The notes below the pieces were generated by a model. The model was not told where the DNA came from and did no database searches. It was given only the letters and a program-made list of their open reading frames with translations. DNA of 64,000 bases, from positions 38,305 to 102,304 of the IMG/VR virus record IMGVR_UViG_3300020037_008176, one strand, 5' to 3'. Position 1 is the stretch's first letter. The number at the start of each line of letters is the position of its first letter. The position numbers and the translations under genes are program-made. The stretch comes from a virus. Taxonomy: Duplodnaviria > Caudoviricetes. Positions 1 to 10,757 of this stretch are shown here, in pieces.

Positions 1-1
1 T

Positions 2-274
2 AAAAGTACTAATGAATATGTTATTACATACAATGTTGAACAAGGAAATGTCAACACCATCCCAAAAAACACTATATTAGTTCATAGAAAAAAAGAATCA
101 AATACTTTATATACTATTAATGCTCTAAATGATTTAATAAAAAATTTAAATGGAGGAATAGTGGATTCTAATTTTCGAATAGAGTGGCAAAACTATAAAA
201 ACTGTATACTTCTTACTCAACATGGAGATATTAAACAGTTAAATACAAAAATTTTCAAAATCGTAGATCTATAA
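2..274 (+). CDS. 3' part of a hypothetical protein (truncated by window start)
   Basis: Open frame from base 2 to TAA at 272-274 (..HRKKESNTLYTINALN..KIVDL*), translated by hand; not in the ORF track. Confidence 0.75.
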   Translation, partial: KSTNEYVITYNVEQGNVNTIPKNTILVHRKKESNTLYTINALNDLIKNLNGGIVDSNFRIEWQNYKNCILLTQHGDIKQLNTKIFKIVDL

Positions 275-416
275 TATTTATAATAGATCCCAAATATAAT
301 ATATTAGGAAATAACTCACTACAAAAGAAAGGCATTCATAAACTTTATAAGTTAAATTTGGCCTAAATAATAAAAAGTAGTACATTTAATAAGTAACCTA
401 AAAAACCAAATAAAAA

Positions 417-1250
417 ATGGATTTAAAATCAATCAAATCAAAACTGAATGCCCTACAAACTTCTGGGCAGAAAAAAGAAAAAGTAGACTATTCAAAGTAT
501 TTATGGAAACCTAAACAAGAAGGTAAATACCAAATTAGAATTGTCCCATCAAAAAATAATAGTAAAGATCCTTTTAAAGAAGTATTTTTACATTATGGGT
601 TTTCAAAATTCCCTATCTATGCTCTTACCAATTGGGGAGAAAAAGATCCTATCGTAGAATTTTCAAAACAACTTCGTTTAACTAATGACAAAGAAAGTTG
701 GAAATTATCTAAAAAATTAGAACCAAAAATGCGCGTATTCGCTCCAGTAATTGTTAGGGGTGAAGAAGATAAAGGTGTACGCCTTTGGGAATTTGGTAAA
801 GAAATTTACATGCAATTATTAGGAATCGCTGATGATGAAGATTATGGTGATTATACTGATATTAATGAAGGAAGAGATTTTACTCTTGAAACAGTAATGG
901 GAGAAGTAGCAGGTCGTAAAGGTTTAAAATCATCAATTCGTATTAAACCAAAAACATCTCCATTAAGTGCTAATGCAGATCAAATATCATTGTGGTTATC
1001 TGAACAACCAGATATTTTAGAAATTCAACAAACATACAAAATGAGTTTTGATAAATTAAAAGAAACTCTACAAAACTTCTTAGATCCTGAAAGTGAAGAC
1101 GAATCAGAAATAGAAGCAGTTGATGAAGAAATAGTTGGAAAAGATGATTTACCTTGGAAAGATGAAGAAGTAAAATCACCAGCTAAACCATCTGTGAAAA
1201 AATCAAAAGCTGATACTTTTGATGCTTTATTTGAAGAAGAAAATCATTAA
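417..1250 (+). CDS. Single-stranded DNA-binding protein, T4 gp32-like
   Basis: WKP..G.YQIRIVP, GRDFTL motif, acidic C-terminal tail ending DALFEEE; sits upstream of the recombinase. Confidence 0.8.
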   Translation: MDLKSIKSKLNALQTSGQKKEKVDYSKYLWKPKQEGKYQIRIVPSKNNSKDPFKEVFLHYGFSKFPIYALTNWGEKDPIVEFSKQLRLTNDKESWKLSKKLEPKMRVFAPVIVRGEEDKGVRLWEFGKEIYMQLLGIADDEDYGDYTDINEGRDFTLETVMGEVAGRKGLKSSIRIKPKTSPLSANADQISLWLSEQPDILEIQQTYKMSFDKLKETLQNFLDPESEDESEIEAVDEEIVGKDDLPWKDEEVKSPAKPSVKKSKADTFDALFEEENH

Positions 1251-1263
1251 AATTTTATAAAAA

Positions 1264-2352
1264 ATGACAAAAACAAGTGATAAAAATTCACTAATGGAAG
1301 CAGTCTCTAAAGAAATTAAATCTAAATTCGATTTAAATAAATTTAAAGAAAAAAAATCATTAGGTGGAAATGTAAAATTTAAAGAACAAACTTGGATTCC
1401 TTTTTCCCCTGCATTGCAAGAAGCACTTTCTATTCCTGGAATAGCTGCAGGTCATATAAATATAGTACGTGGAGCTAGTAATACTGGTAAAACTACTACA
1501 TCTATTGAAGCAGCAGTTTCAGCCCAAAAAATGGGAATACTACCTGTTCTCATCATTACAGAGATGAAACATAGTTGGGACCATTGGAAAACTATGGGAT
1601 TTGAAATTAATGAAATAAAAGACGAAAAAGGAAATGTAGTTGATTATGATGGGTTTTTTATCTATAAGGATAGAGGTAAATTATCTTCAATAGAAGATGT
1701 TGCTGATTTTATTATTGATATTTTAGATGAACAAGCCAAAGGTAATTTACCATATGACTTATTATTTCTTTGGGATTCAGTAGGTTCTATTGCATGTAGA
1801 ATGAGTATAGAACAAGGTAAAAATAATCCAATGTGGAATGCAGGAGCAATTGCTACTCAATTTGGAAATTTTATTAATCAAAGAATTATTTTATCTAGAA
1901 AAGAAGAAAGTAAATATACTAACACTTTTCTTATTATTAATAAAACTGGTGTATCCCCAGCAGAAGGTCCAATGGCTCGTCCTAGAATGACTAATAAAGG
2001 TGGAAATACATTTTATTATGATGCTTCATTATGTATTACTTTTGGTAATATTACTAATAGTGGTACTTCAAAAATAAAAGCAACAAAAGATAAGAAAGAT
2101 GTTGAATTTGCTTTAAGAACCAAAGTAGCTTGTGATAAAAACCATGTAAATGGAATCACAACAAAAAATACAGTTATTAGTACAGTCCATGGTTTTATTT
2201 CTGATGACCCTAAAGAAGTAAATAAATATAAAAAAGAACATTCACATGAATGGGCTGATATATTAGGAAAAGGAGAATATAAAACAGTTGAGGACAACTC
2301 AGAATGGGATGAAAAAGCTGATATAACTGATATTGTAGAATCTGAAGATTAA
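1264..2352 (+). CDS. uvsX: RecA/UvsX-like recombinase
   Basis: Walker A GASNTGKT, Walker B FLWDSVGS, KGG..FYYDAS motif, KNHV. Confidence 0.85.
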   Translation: MTKTSDKNSLMEAVSKEIKSKFDLNKFKEKKSLGGNVKFKEQTWIPFSPALQEALSIPGIAAGHINIVRGASNTGKTTTSIEAAVSAQKMGILPVLIITEMKHSWDHWKTMGFEINEIKDEKGNVVDYDGFFIYKDRGKLSSIEDVADFIIDILDEQAKGNLPYDLLFLWDSVGSIACRMSIEQGKNNPMWNAGAIATQFGNFINQRIILSRKEESKYTNTFLIINKTGVSPAEGPMARPRMTNKGGNTFYYDASLCITFGNITNSGTSKIKATKDKKDVEFALRTKVACDKNHVNGITTKNTVISTVHGFISDDPKEVNKYKKEHSHEWADILGKGEYKTVEDNSEWDEKADITDIVESED

Positions 2353-2360
2353 AATGAATT

Positions 2361-3416
2361 ATGGACAGCAAAGATTTACTTAAATTACTCAATAATATTA
2401 AGGAAGTAGATGATACACCTACTCCAATTAATGAAAATGGAGAAAGGATTCTAATAATAGATGGGTTAAATCTATTCCTAAGAAATTTTGCAGTACTTAA
2501 TTATATCAATGATAAAGGTGTTCATATAGGAGGATTAGGTGGATTTTTACGTTCATTAGGTTCTTTGGTTAAACAAACACAACCAACTTCAATTTATATT
2601 GTATTTGATGGGGTAGGTTCTTCTATAAACAGAAAGAATCTACTCCCCGAATACAAATCTGGAAGAAATATTAAACGAGTTAATAAAACCTCATTTAATG
2701 ATATAGATAAAGAAAATGAATCTAAAACAGATCAAATCATCCACTTAATTTATTACTTAAAATGTCTCCCAGTTAAAATATTATCTGTGGATGGTTTAGA
2801 AGCAGATGATATAATAGCATTTTTGAGTACTGAAACAACCAAAACTAAAAAGAATAAAGCCTTTATTGTATCTTCGGATAAAGATTTTCTCCAATTAACA
2901 AATGATAATATCATGTTATATGCAGCTATGGAAAAAATTTTTTACACCCCAGAAAAGGTTAAAGAAAAATTTAATGTCCATTCATATAATTTTCTTATCT
3001 ATAAAACATTGATGGGAGATGACTCAGATAAAGTAGGTGGAGTTAAAGGATTAGGACAGAAAAAATTAGAAAAATACTTCCCAGAATTATTAGGAAATGA
3101 AAAATTATCAATGGATCATATATATGATATATGTGCTAGTAGATATAAAGAACATATTATATACTGTAGAGCCTTAGAAAATTTTGATAATTTAAGAAAA
3201 GCTAATAAGATTATGGATTTAAGTAATCCAATGATGGATGAATCTGAAAAAGAATTTATTTTAGAACAAATTGCTTCTCCATCTTATAATTTAGATATAC
3301 CCACATTTACTAAATTGTATAATCAAGACGGATTAGGAAATGTATTAAAAAATATAGATTATTGGTTAAGAGACAATTGGGTAACAATTGATAGATACAA
3401 TAAAACAAAAAAATAG
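2361..3416 (+). CDS. 5'-3' exonuclease / flap endonuclease (T4 RNase H or PolI N-terminal family)
   Basis: IIDGLN, VFDG, YKSGR, EADDII, SSDKDFLQL, GDDSDKVGGVKGLG. Confidence 0.92.
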   Translation: MDSKDLLKLLNNIKEVDDTPTPINENGERILIIDGLNLFLRNFAVLNYINDKGVHIGGLGGFLRSLGSLVKQTQPTSIYIVFDGVGSSINRKNLLPEYKSGRNIKRVNKTSFNDIDKENESKTDQIIHLIYYLKCLPVKILSVDGLEADDIIAFLSTETTKTKKNKAFIVSSDKDFLQLTNDNIMLYAAMEKIFYTPEKVKEKFNVHSYNFLIYKTLMGDDSDKVGGVKGLGQKKLEKYFPELLGNEKLSMDHIYDICASRYKEHIIYCRALENFDNLRKANKIMDLSNPMMDESEKEFILEQIASPSYNLDIPTFTKLYNQDGLGNVLKNIDYWLRDNWVTIDRYNKTKK

Positions 3417-3419
3417 ATT

Positions 3420-3614
3420 ATGACACCCAAAGAAAAAGCAGAAGAACTATATAAAAAAATGCTTGGAAATGATAGTTCAACCCATCCAAAAGTATTTGGT
3501 GAAGCAAAAAAATGTGCATTAATTGCGGTTAATGAAATAATTAAAGAACTCACATCAAATGATGTTTATGCAGATTATTGGTATGCTGTGGAAATTGAAC
3601 TGAAAAAAATATAA
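3420..3614 (+). CDS. Hypothetical protein
   Basis: 64-aa ORF tightly packed in the operon. Confidence 0.7.
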   Translation: MTPKEKAEELYKKMLGNDSSTHPKVFGEAKKCALIAVNEIIKELTSNDVYADYWYAVEIELKKI

Positions 3615-3638
3615 TGGTTACCATACTTAACCATATTT

Positions 3639-4355
3639 ATGATAAATAACATCAATATGGAATATAAAAAAATATACAATCAAATTATAGAACGTGCTAA
3701 AACACGTAAATTAGAAGGTTATAAAGAAAAACATCATATAATACCTAAATGTATTGGGGGTTTAGATATAAAAGAAAATTTAGTAGAATTAACAGCTCGA
3801 GAACATTTTTTATGCCACTTGTTACTTTGTGAAATATATCCAAAAGAATATAAACTTAAACATGCTGTATTTTTAATGGCTATAGGTAAACAAAAACTAA
3901 AAAAAAATACATATGTTGTATGTTCACGGGTGTATGAACGATTAAAACAAGAACATTCTCAAATATTAATTGGAAAAAAACAAAGTGAAGAAACTAAGAA
4001 TAAAAGAAGTAAAAGTAAAATTGGTTTTAAATACTCTGATGAAAGTAAACAAAAAATGAGTAATTCCAAAAAAGGGAAAAAATACTCAGAAGAACACAAG
4101 AAAAATATTAGTAATTCCAAAAAAGGAAAAAATCGAAATATTACTTGGGGTGAAAAAATAAGTAACTCCAAAAAAGGAAAAAATAAAAAAGGTAAACCAA
4201 TAATGAAAATAGATATTAATACAAATGAAATAATAGAAATCTACTCTTCATTAAATGAAGCTATTAAGATGACAGGAATTAAAACAATATCTTTTAATAT
4301 TAGTGGAAAAACCAAAAAATCAGGTGGATTTATTTGGAAATATAAAAATAATTAA
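3639..4355 (+). CDS. Free-standing HNH homing endonuclease with NUMOD3 repeats and C-terminal NUMOD1/HTH (true start probably ATG 3657)
   Basis: EKHHIIPKCIGG..NLVELTAREHFLCH; SEETK/SDESKQKMS repeats; KKSGGFIWKY end. Confidence 0.9.
   Translation: MINNINMEYKKIYNQIIERAKTRKLEGYKEKHHIIPKCIGGLDIKENLVELTAREHFLCHLLLCEIYPKEYKLKHAVFLMAIGKQKLKKNTYVVCSRVYERLKQEHSQILIGKKQSEETKNKRSKSKIGFKYSDESKQKMSNSKKGKKYSEEHKKNISNSKKGKNRNITWGEKISNSKKGKNKKGKPIMKIDINTNEIIEIYSSLNEAIKMTGIKTISFNISGKTKKSGGFIWKYKNN
4059..4184 (+). repeat. Three copies of AGTAAYTCCAAAAAAGGRAAA at a 51-nt period (NUMOD3-type coding repeat)
   Basis: Copies start at 4059, 4110 and 4161; each encodes SNSKKGK. Confidence 0.8.
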
Positions 4356-4364
4356 TCATAATAT

Positions 4365-5741
4365 ATGGCAGCATTAAACTCTTTAGAAAATTACGGAATT
4401 GTTTTCCAAACCAAAGTCATTTCAGCATTATTAACTGATAAACCATTTCTCCAAACAGTTAATGATATTTTAGTAGAAGATGATTTTTCAAATTCTGCTC
4501 AAAAATGGATTGTTGGGGAAATAAATAAATACTACCAAAAATATAATTGTTCTCCAACAATGGAAGTTCTTAAAGTAGAAATGAAAAAAATTGGAAATGA
4601 TGTATTACAACTATCTATTAAAGAACAATTAAGAGAAGCATACCGATCCTCAGATGAATCAGATTTAACATATGTTAAAGAAGAATTTACTAATTTTTGT
4701 AAAAATCAACAATTAAAAAAAGCGCTTTTAAATTCGGTTGATTTATTAAAAGCAGGCGACTATGATTCCATTAGATCATTAGTTGATAATGCTTTACGCT
4801 CTGGACAAAATAGAGATATTGGTACGGAATACGAAAAAGATATTGAAACTCGATATAGAGAAGATAATAGAACTCCAATTGCATTTCCTTGGAAAACATT
4901 TAATAATATAACTCAAGGTGGATATGGTAAAGGAGATTTAGTTTTAATTTTTGGTAATCCAAAAGGAGGAAAATCTTGGGCTATTATAGCTATGGCTGCA
5001 GAAGCAGCTAGACAAGGATTTAATGTAGTTTATTATGCCTTAGAATTAGGAGAATCATATGTTGGTAAACGTTTTGATGCTTATTTTACAGGTATTCCTG
5101 TAGACCAATTAGACAAACATAGAGATAAAGTAGAAGAAATATTAGCAACAATCCCTGGAAAAATTATTATTAAAGGATACCCTCCAAAAAGAGCTTCATT
5201 AACTAATATTGAACACCATTTAGACCAACTTCAAAATCAAAATGATTTAAAAATAGATGCTGTATTTATTGATTACTTAGATTTATTAAAAAATAGAAAT
5301 AAAAATAGAGTTGAAAGAAAAGATGATACAGATGATATCTTTACAGATGCTAAAGGATTAGCTAAGGAAAGAGATATTCCAATCATTTCCCCATCACAAG
5401 CTAATCGTTCCGGAGCTGAAAAAGAAATTTTAGAAAGTAGTCATATTGCTGGTTCATTTGATAAATTAATGATAGGTGATATAGTAGTTTCATTAGCTAG
5501 AGGAAGAGTTGATAGATTAAATGGAACTGGAAGATGGCATTTTATGGGAAATAGATATGGTTCTGATGGAGTTACATATTTTTCAAAGATAGATACATCT
5601 ACTGGACATATCGAAATAGAAGAAGAAGAATTTGATGTTCAATCTGCACCTGAAAATAGACCAAAACCAAGTGGAGAATTTGTAGATACAGATGAAAGAA
5701 ATTTTTTAAAGAGAAAATTCTTTGAATTGGATAAAGTATAA
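4365..5741 (+). CDS. dnaB: Replicative helicase, DnaB/T4 gp41 family
   Basis: Walker A GNPKGGKS, YYALE, FIDYLDLL, SQANR, NRYG. Confidence 0.92.
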   Translation: MAALNSLENYGIVFQTKVISALLTDKPFLQTVNDILVEDDFSNSAQKWIVGEINKYYQKYNCSPTMEVLKVEMKKIGNDVLQLSIKEQLREAYRSSDESDLTYVKEEFTNFCKNQQLKKALLNSVDLLKAGDYDSIRSLVDNALRSGQNRDIGTEYEKDIETRYREDNRTPIAFPWKTFNNITQGGYGKGDLVLIFGNPKGGKSWAIIAMAAEAARQGFNVVYYALELGESYVGKRFDAYFTGIPVDQLDKHRDKVEEILATIPGKIIIKGYPPKRASLTNIEHHLDQLQNQNDLKIDAVFIDYLDLLKNRNKNRVERKDDTDDIFTDAKGLAKERDIPIISPSQANRSGAEKEILESSHIAGSFDKLMIGDIVVSLARGRVDRLNGTGRWHFMGNRYGSDGVTYFSKIDTSTGHIEIEEEEFDVQSAPENRPKPSGEFVDTDERNFLKRKFFELDKV

Positions 5742-5788
5742 GATTTTTTAGATATTTATATAAGTTCAATTACACTAAAAAATTATTT

Positions 5789-6739
5789 ATGATCACATAT
5801 CCCCGCATATTTTACAAACCCTTTGAATACCAACAAGCATTTGATTTTTATAAAGACCAACACAGAGCCCACTGGTTAGCTGATGAAGTACCTTTAGCCT
5901 CAGATTTAAATGATTGGAAATTAAAATTAAATGAATCCGAAAAAAATCTTATTGGAAATATTTTAAAATCTTTTGCTCAAACAGAAGTTCACGTAAATGA
6001 TTATTGGTCAACCAAAGTTTCATTATGGTTTCCAAAACCTGAAATACAAGCTATGGCTCGTGTTTTTGCTGATTTTGAAAGTATCCATGCCGAAGCATAT
6101 GCTCGTTTAAATGAAGAATTAGGTTTAGATGATTTCGCAGCATTTATGGAAGATGAAACTTCCAAAAATAAAATTGAAAGATTAATCGAAGTACCTGGTG
6201 ATTCATTAGAGGAAAAAGCAATTTCATTAGCTATATTTTCAGCATTTACTGAAGGAGTTAATTTATTTTCTTCATTTGCTATATTAATGTCTTTTCAATT
6301 AAGAAATTTAATGAAAGGAACAGGACAAGTAGTAGAATGGAGTGTTAGAGATGAATCTTTACATTCAAAAGCTGGATGTTGGTTATTTAAAACATTAATA
6401 AAAGAAAACCCATCATTAGATAATGACCATTTGCGTATTAAAATAATGGAAGCTTGCGAATTATCAGTTCAATTAGAATTTGATTTTATTGATAAAGCAT
6501 TTGAGATGGGAGATATTGAAGGGTTAAAAAAAGAGCAGTTAAAAGCATTTATTAAAGCAAGAGCTAATGAAAAAATGATTGAATTAGGTTATAATTCAAT
6601 TTACAATGATATAGATCCTTCATTATTAAAACAAATGGAATGGTTTGGACATTTAACAAGTGGTAAAACCCACCAAGATTTCTTTGCTGGAAGAGTAACA
6701 AATTATTCAAAATCCACTTCAGATTGGAGTGATTTATAA
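5789..6739 (+). CDS. nrdB: Ribonucleotide reductase class I beta subunit
   Basis: ESIHAEAY, EGVNLFSSF, RDESLH, DFFAGRVTNY. Confidence 0.96.
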   Translation: MITYPRIFYKPFEYQQAFDFYKDQHRAHWLADEVPLASDLNDWKLKLNESEKNLIGNILKSFAQTEVHVNDYWSTKVSLWFPKPEIQAMARVFADFESIHAEAYARLNEELGLDDFAAFMEDETSKNKIERLIEVPGDSLEEKAISLAIFSAFTEGVNLFSSFAILMSFQLRNLMKGTGQVVEWSVRDESLHSKAGCWLFKTLIKENPSLDNDHLRIKIMEACELSVQLEFDFIDKAFEMGDIEGLKKEQLKAFIKARANEKMIELGYNSIYNDIDPSLLKQMEWFGHLTSGKTHQDFFAGRVTNYSKSTSDWSDL

Positions 6740-6757
6740 AATTAAAAAACAAATAAA

Positions 6758-8485
6758 ATGAGTAGTATAAATATAGATACAAGTAAATGGATAAAAGGTA
6801 AAAATTATCCTGAATGGTTAGATGAAATTGGGGTGAATATGATTTCTAAAGGATACTTACTCCCAGATGAAGATGTATTTGATGCATATAAAAGAGTAAG
6901 TAAAGCAGCTGCACGAAGATTAAAGAGAAAAGATTTACAACCATATTTTTTAGAAGCAATTGAAAAAAATTGGTTATGTCCTGCATCTCCAGTATTATCA
7001 AATATGGGAACTGAAAGAGGAATGCCTATTTCATGTTTTGGAATTGATGTAGGAGATTCAATTGAAGGAATAGCAGATGCAAATTCAGAATTGATGAGAT
7101 TATCATCTCAAGGTGGTGGAGTTGGAATTGGTTTATCTAGAATCAGAGGTAGAGGTAAATCTATTAAAGATAATGGGGTAAGTGAAGGAGTAGTTCCTTG
7201 GGCAAAAATTTATGATTCAACCATCTTAGCAACCAACCAAGGTTCAGTTCGTAGAGGAGCAGCTTCAGTTAATTTAGATATAAATCATCCTGATATTGAA
7301 GAATTTTTAGGAATTAGAAGACCTAAAGGTGATGTAAATCGTCAATGTTTAAATTTAAATCAATGTGTTGTAATTGATGATGAATTTATGGATAAGCTTG
7401 AAAATAAAGATCCTAAATCATTAAAACTTTGGGGAGAAATCCTTAAAACTAGATTAGAAACAGGTCAACCATATATAATGTATAAGGATAACATAAATAA
7501 AGCAAATCCTTTAGCATATAAAAATAATAATCTCCAAGTATCAATGACCAACATTTGTACTGAGATCGCTTTATATACCGATGAATTACATTCATTTATA
7601 TGTTGTTTATCATCATTAAATTTATCTAGATGGGATGAATGGAAAGATTATAAATTTGAAAATGGTATGACTTTACCTGAATTATCAACTTGGTTTTTGG
7701 AAGGTGTACTTCAAGAATTTATTGATAGAGCTAAAAATATTAAATTTTTTGAAAATACAGTTCGTTCTGCTACAAAAGGTAGAGCCATTGGATTAGGAGT
7801 ATTAGGATGGCACACATTTTTACAATCGAAAGGGTTACCATTTGTGGGTATTCAAGCTTCTTCTTATACTAGAATTATTTTTGAATTTATAGAAAAAGAA
7901 ACATTAAAAGCATCTAAAGATCAAGCCATATTATATGGAGAACCAGAATGGTGTAAAGGTACAGGTTTAAGACATACACATCATTTAGCACCTGCTCCAA
8001 CAGTTTCTAATGCTCATATTTCTGGTGGAGTTTCTCCATCAATAGAACCAATTCCAGCAAATGTTTATAATTTAAAAACAGCAAAAGGAACATTTATTAA
8101 ACGTAATAAAATTTTAGAAGAATTACTTGAAAAGAAAGGTTATAATATTGATAGTGTTTGGGAACAAATTTTAAAAGATCAAGGGTCGGTTTTTGGTTTA
8201 CCTGATTATATTTTAACTGATGAAGAAAAAGAAATATTCTTAACTTTCAAAGAAATTAATCAATTAGAAATTGTTCGTCAAAATGCTATTCGTCAAAAAT
8301 ATGTTGACCAAGCTATTTCATTAAATTTATGTTTTGATCCAAATGATACTCCTAAATGGATTAGTCAAGTTCATAAAGAAGCTCACAAATTAGGTATCAA
8401 AACATTATATTATTTAAGAACAGAGAGTGTTTTAAGAGGAGATAATTTACAAAGATTATCAGAATGCATCAGTTGTGAAGGATAA
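6758..8485 (+). CDS. nrdA: Ribonucleotide reductase class I alpha subunit (no ATP cone)
   Basis: PISCF, TNICTEI, APAPT, TLYYLR, C-terminal CISCEG. Confidence 0.96.
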   Translation: MSSINIDTSKWIKGKNYPEWLDEIGVNMISKGYLLPDEDVFDAYKRVSKAAARRLKRKDLQPYFLEAIEKNWLCPASPVLSNMGTERGMPISCFGIDVGDSIEGIADANSELMRLSSQGGGVGIGLSRIRGRGKSIKDNGVSEGVVPWAKIYDSTILATNQGSVRRGAASVNLDINHPDIEEFLGIRRPKGDVNRQCLNLNQCVVIDDEFMDKLENKDPKSLKLWGEILKTRLETGQPYIMYKDNINKANPLAYKNNNLQVSMTNICTEIALYTDELHSFICCLSSLNLSRWDEWKDYKFENGMTLPELSTWFLEGVLQEFIDRAKNIKFFENTVRSATKGRAIGLGVLGWHTFLQSKGLPFVGIQASSYTRIIFEFIEKETLKASKDQAILYGEPEWCKGTGLRHTHHLAPAPTVSNAHISGGVSPSIEPIPANVYNLKTAKGTFIKRNKILEELLEKKGYNIDSVWEQILKDQGSVFGLPDYILTDEEKEIFLTFKEINQLEIVRQNAIRQKYVDQAISLNLCFDPNDTPKWISQVHKEAHKLGIKTLYYLRTESVLRGDNLQRLSECISCEG

Positions 8486-8547
8486 GTAATTTTAAGATTT
8501 TTACAAAAAGATTTGAATTTAAAAAATTTTTTTCTTATATTTATATT

Positions 8548-8805
8548 ATGGAAAAAAGTTTAATAGTAGATAAATTTGATAAAAATCATAAATTTATTAA
8601 AACTAGAACAATCCCCAATGGTCATGATTGTTGGGGAAACTATGAATATTATGATGAATATTATGTTTCCATTAAAGAAGGAAATTCATTCAAAAATGAA
8701 CATGTTTTTGAAAAAATGTTTATAATTCATAATAATAGAGAAGTAATAGCAACAGCTTTTGATTTTAATCTAGATAGAATATTAAAAGAATTAAACGAGT
8801 TATGA
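8548..8805 (+). CDS. Hypothetical protein
   Basis: 85-aa ORF directly after a promoter motif. Confidence 0.7.
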   Translation: MEKSLIVDKFDKNHKFIKTRTIPNGHDCWGNYEYYDEYYVSIKEGNSFKNEHVFEKMFIIHNNREVIATAFDFNLDRILKELNEL

Positions 8806-9587
8806 TTAAAATTTCACACGAAGTACCATTAGTTTTATTAAAAAGAAGTAGAGAATTTAACGATTATGATTATTGCCTCCCTCATTTGATGGATCAATAT
8901 GAAGAATATCAAGATTTCTTTTTAGAATCTAGAGATAAAGGTCGCCACGTAATGATGGATAATTCATTACACGAATTAGGAGTTCCTTATCATGAAGAAA
9001 GATTATTTTATTGGTTAGATGAATTAAAACCTGCCGAATTTTTTATCCCTGATTATTGGGAAGAAAAAAACAGATCTATTGTATCAGCTAAAAAATGGAT
9101 ACAATATCAATATTTATATCCTAATACTACTTTTATAGCAGTAGTTCAAGGAAAATCATTCCAAGATGCTGCTGAATGTTATATAGCATATAAGGATTTT
9201 GGCTATCAAAAAATAGCTTTTTCATATGGAGCTTCTTATTATAATGATGTAAGTGCTCATCCTAATAAAGCTCTTGGAAAAGCCTTAGGAAGAATCCAAA
9301 CAATCTCTAATTTAACATATGCTAATATAATTGATAAGAATGATAGAATACACCTTTTAGGTTGTTCAGTACCTCAAGAATTTGGATGGTATAAAGATCT
9401 TCCATATATTGAATCAATAGATACCTCAAATCCAGTAATGGCAGGTATTGAAGGATTAGAATATTCAACAAGTGGTTTATATACAAAACCTACAGTAAAC
9501 ATGAATACTGTTTTTGAAAATAAAAGAGTAAATGTTGACTTGATTAAATACAATGTTAAAATGTTTAAACAAATAAATAATTTATAA
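8802..9587 (+). CDS. dpdA: TGT-fold protein, probable 7-deazaguanine DNA transglycosylase (divergent DpdA-like)
   Basis: MMDNS, PD, AVVQG, IHLLG and SIDTS match the order of TGT barrel motifs; lies two genes upstream of queC. Confidence 0.65.
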   Translation: MIKISHEVPLVLLKRSREFNDYDYCLPHLMDQYEEYQDFFLESRDKGRHVMMDNSLHELGVPYHEERLFYWLDELKPAEFFIPDYWEEKNRSIVSAKKWIQYQYLYPNTTFIAVVQGKSFQDAAECYIAYKDFGYQKIAFSYGASYYNDVSAHPNKALGKALGRIQTISNLTYANIIDKNDRIHLLGCSVPQEFGWYKDLPYIESIDTSNPVMAGIEGLEYSTSGLYTKPTVNMNTVFENKRVNVDLIKYNVKMFKQINNL

Positions 9588-9588
9588 T

Positions 9589-9786
9589 ATGGAAAACGAA
9601 AACTTTATTTCACTGTATGACTTTCTAGGAAGAGCTGCAGGTGGAGAATTAGGAAAAGAAGTATTTGCAAAAGCAAAAGAACAAAAACAACAATTTAAAT
9701 CCAGAGATGTATCTAATAAAAAATACACTGGAAAAATCATATTATATAGAAGAGAATTTTTAAATTCATATTTTAATGGAAAATAA
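9589..9786 (+). CDS. Hypothetical protein
   Basis: 65-aa ORF between dpdA-like gene and queC. Confidence 0.7.
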   Translation: MENENFISLYDFLGRAAGGELGKEVFAKAKEQKQQFKSRDVSNKKYTGKIILYRREFLNSYFNGK

Positions 9787-10717
9787 AAAATATGCCGTAA
9801 TATCATTAAGTGGAGGTATGGATAGTTCTACTTTATTACTTCGTTTATTAAGTGAAGGTTATGAAGTAACTGCTTTATCATTTGATTATGGTCAAAAACA
9901 CAAAGTTGAATTAGAAAGAGCAACTGAATTAGTATATTTTATAAATAATAGACAGGCTGTAGTTTCAGATAAAAATGGAATTGGAGTAAATTATTATTTT
10001 ATTAAACACCAAATCATTAAATTGGATGGTTTGTCAAATTTACTAGTGAGTGGATTAGTAGATAATAATTCTATGGAAATGAAAACAGGACATTACGCCC
10101 ATGAAAATGCCCTTACAACTGTTGTTCCTAATCGAAACGCAATATTTTCAGCTATTACATATGCTGTTGCTTTATCTGTAGTGAAAAGAACAGGAAGATC
10201 ATGTAATATAGCTTTAGGAACCCACATGGGTGATTTTGATAATAAAAAGCAAAGTGGGATTTACCCTGATTGTTCTGAAGAATTTAAACAAGCGATTGAA
10301 CATGCTTTTAAAATAGGAAATTGGGATTCTGATAAAGTAGATTATTACGCTCCATATAATATAACTGATAAAACAGGAGTATTAAAAGACGGAATTGAAT
10401 GTTGTGAAAAATTAGGTTTAGATTATAAAGAAATTTATAAACGAACTAATACTAGTTATGCTCCTATTAGAGTAATCCTCCCAAGTTTAAAATCCCCAGA
10501 TCCTAATGAAGAAATAGAATCTGGAGAAAGAGAAATATGGTACTCAGACTATAAATCAGGTTCAAGTATTGAACGTATAGAATCATTTATTAAGCTAGGA
10601 TTAGAAGATTCAGTTCAATATGCTGAAGAAGATGGTACTTTAGTATCTTGGGAATTTGTTAAAGAATATGTTGAAAAAATTTGTGAGGAATGGGGGAAAA
10701 GTAAAGGAGACCATTGA
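9776..10717 (+). CDS. queC: 7-cyano-7-deazaguanine synthase
   Basis: PP-loop SLSGGMDS, FDYGQKH, VVPNRN, YPDC. Confidence 0.93.
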   Translation: MENKKYAVISLSGGMDSSTLLLRLLSEGYEVTALSFDYGQKHKVELERATELVYFINNRQAVVSDKNGIGVNYYFIKHQIIKLDGLSNLLVSGLVDNNSMEMKTGHYAHENALTTVVPNRNAIFSAITYAVALSVVKRTGRSCNIALGTHMGDFDNKKQSGIYPDCSEEFKQAIEHAFKIGNWDSDKVDYYAPYNITDKTGVLKDGIECCEKLGLDYKEIYKRTNTSYAPIRVILPSLKSPDPNEEIESGEREIWYSDYKSGSSIERIESFIKLGLEDSVQYAEEDGTLVSWEFVKEYVEKICEEWGKSKGDH

Positions 10718-10757
10718 TTTTAATAAATTGTCCCCATATTTATAATAAAATATAATT

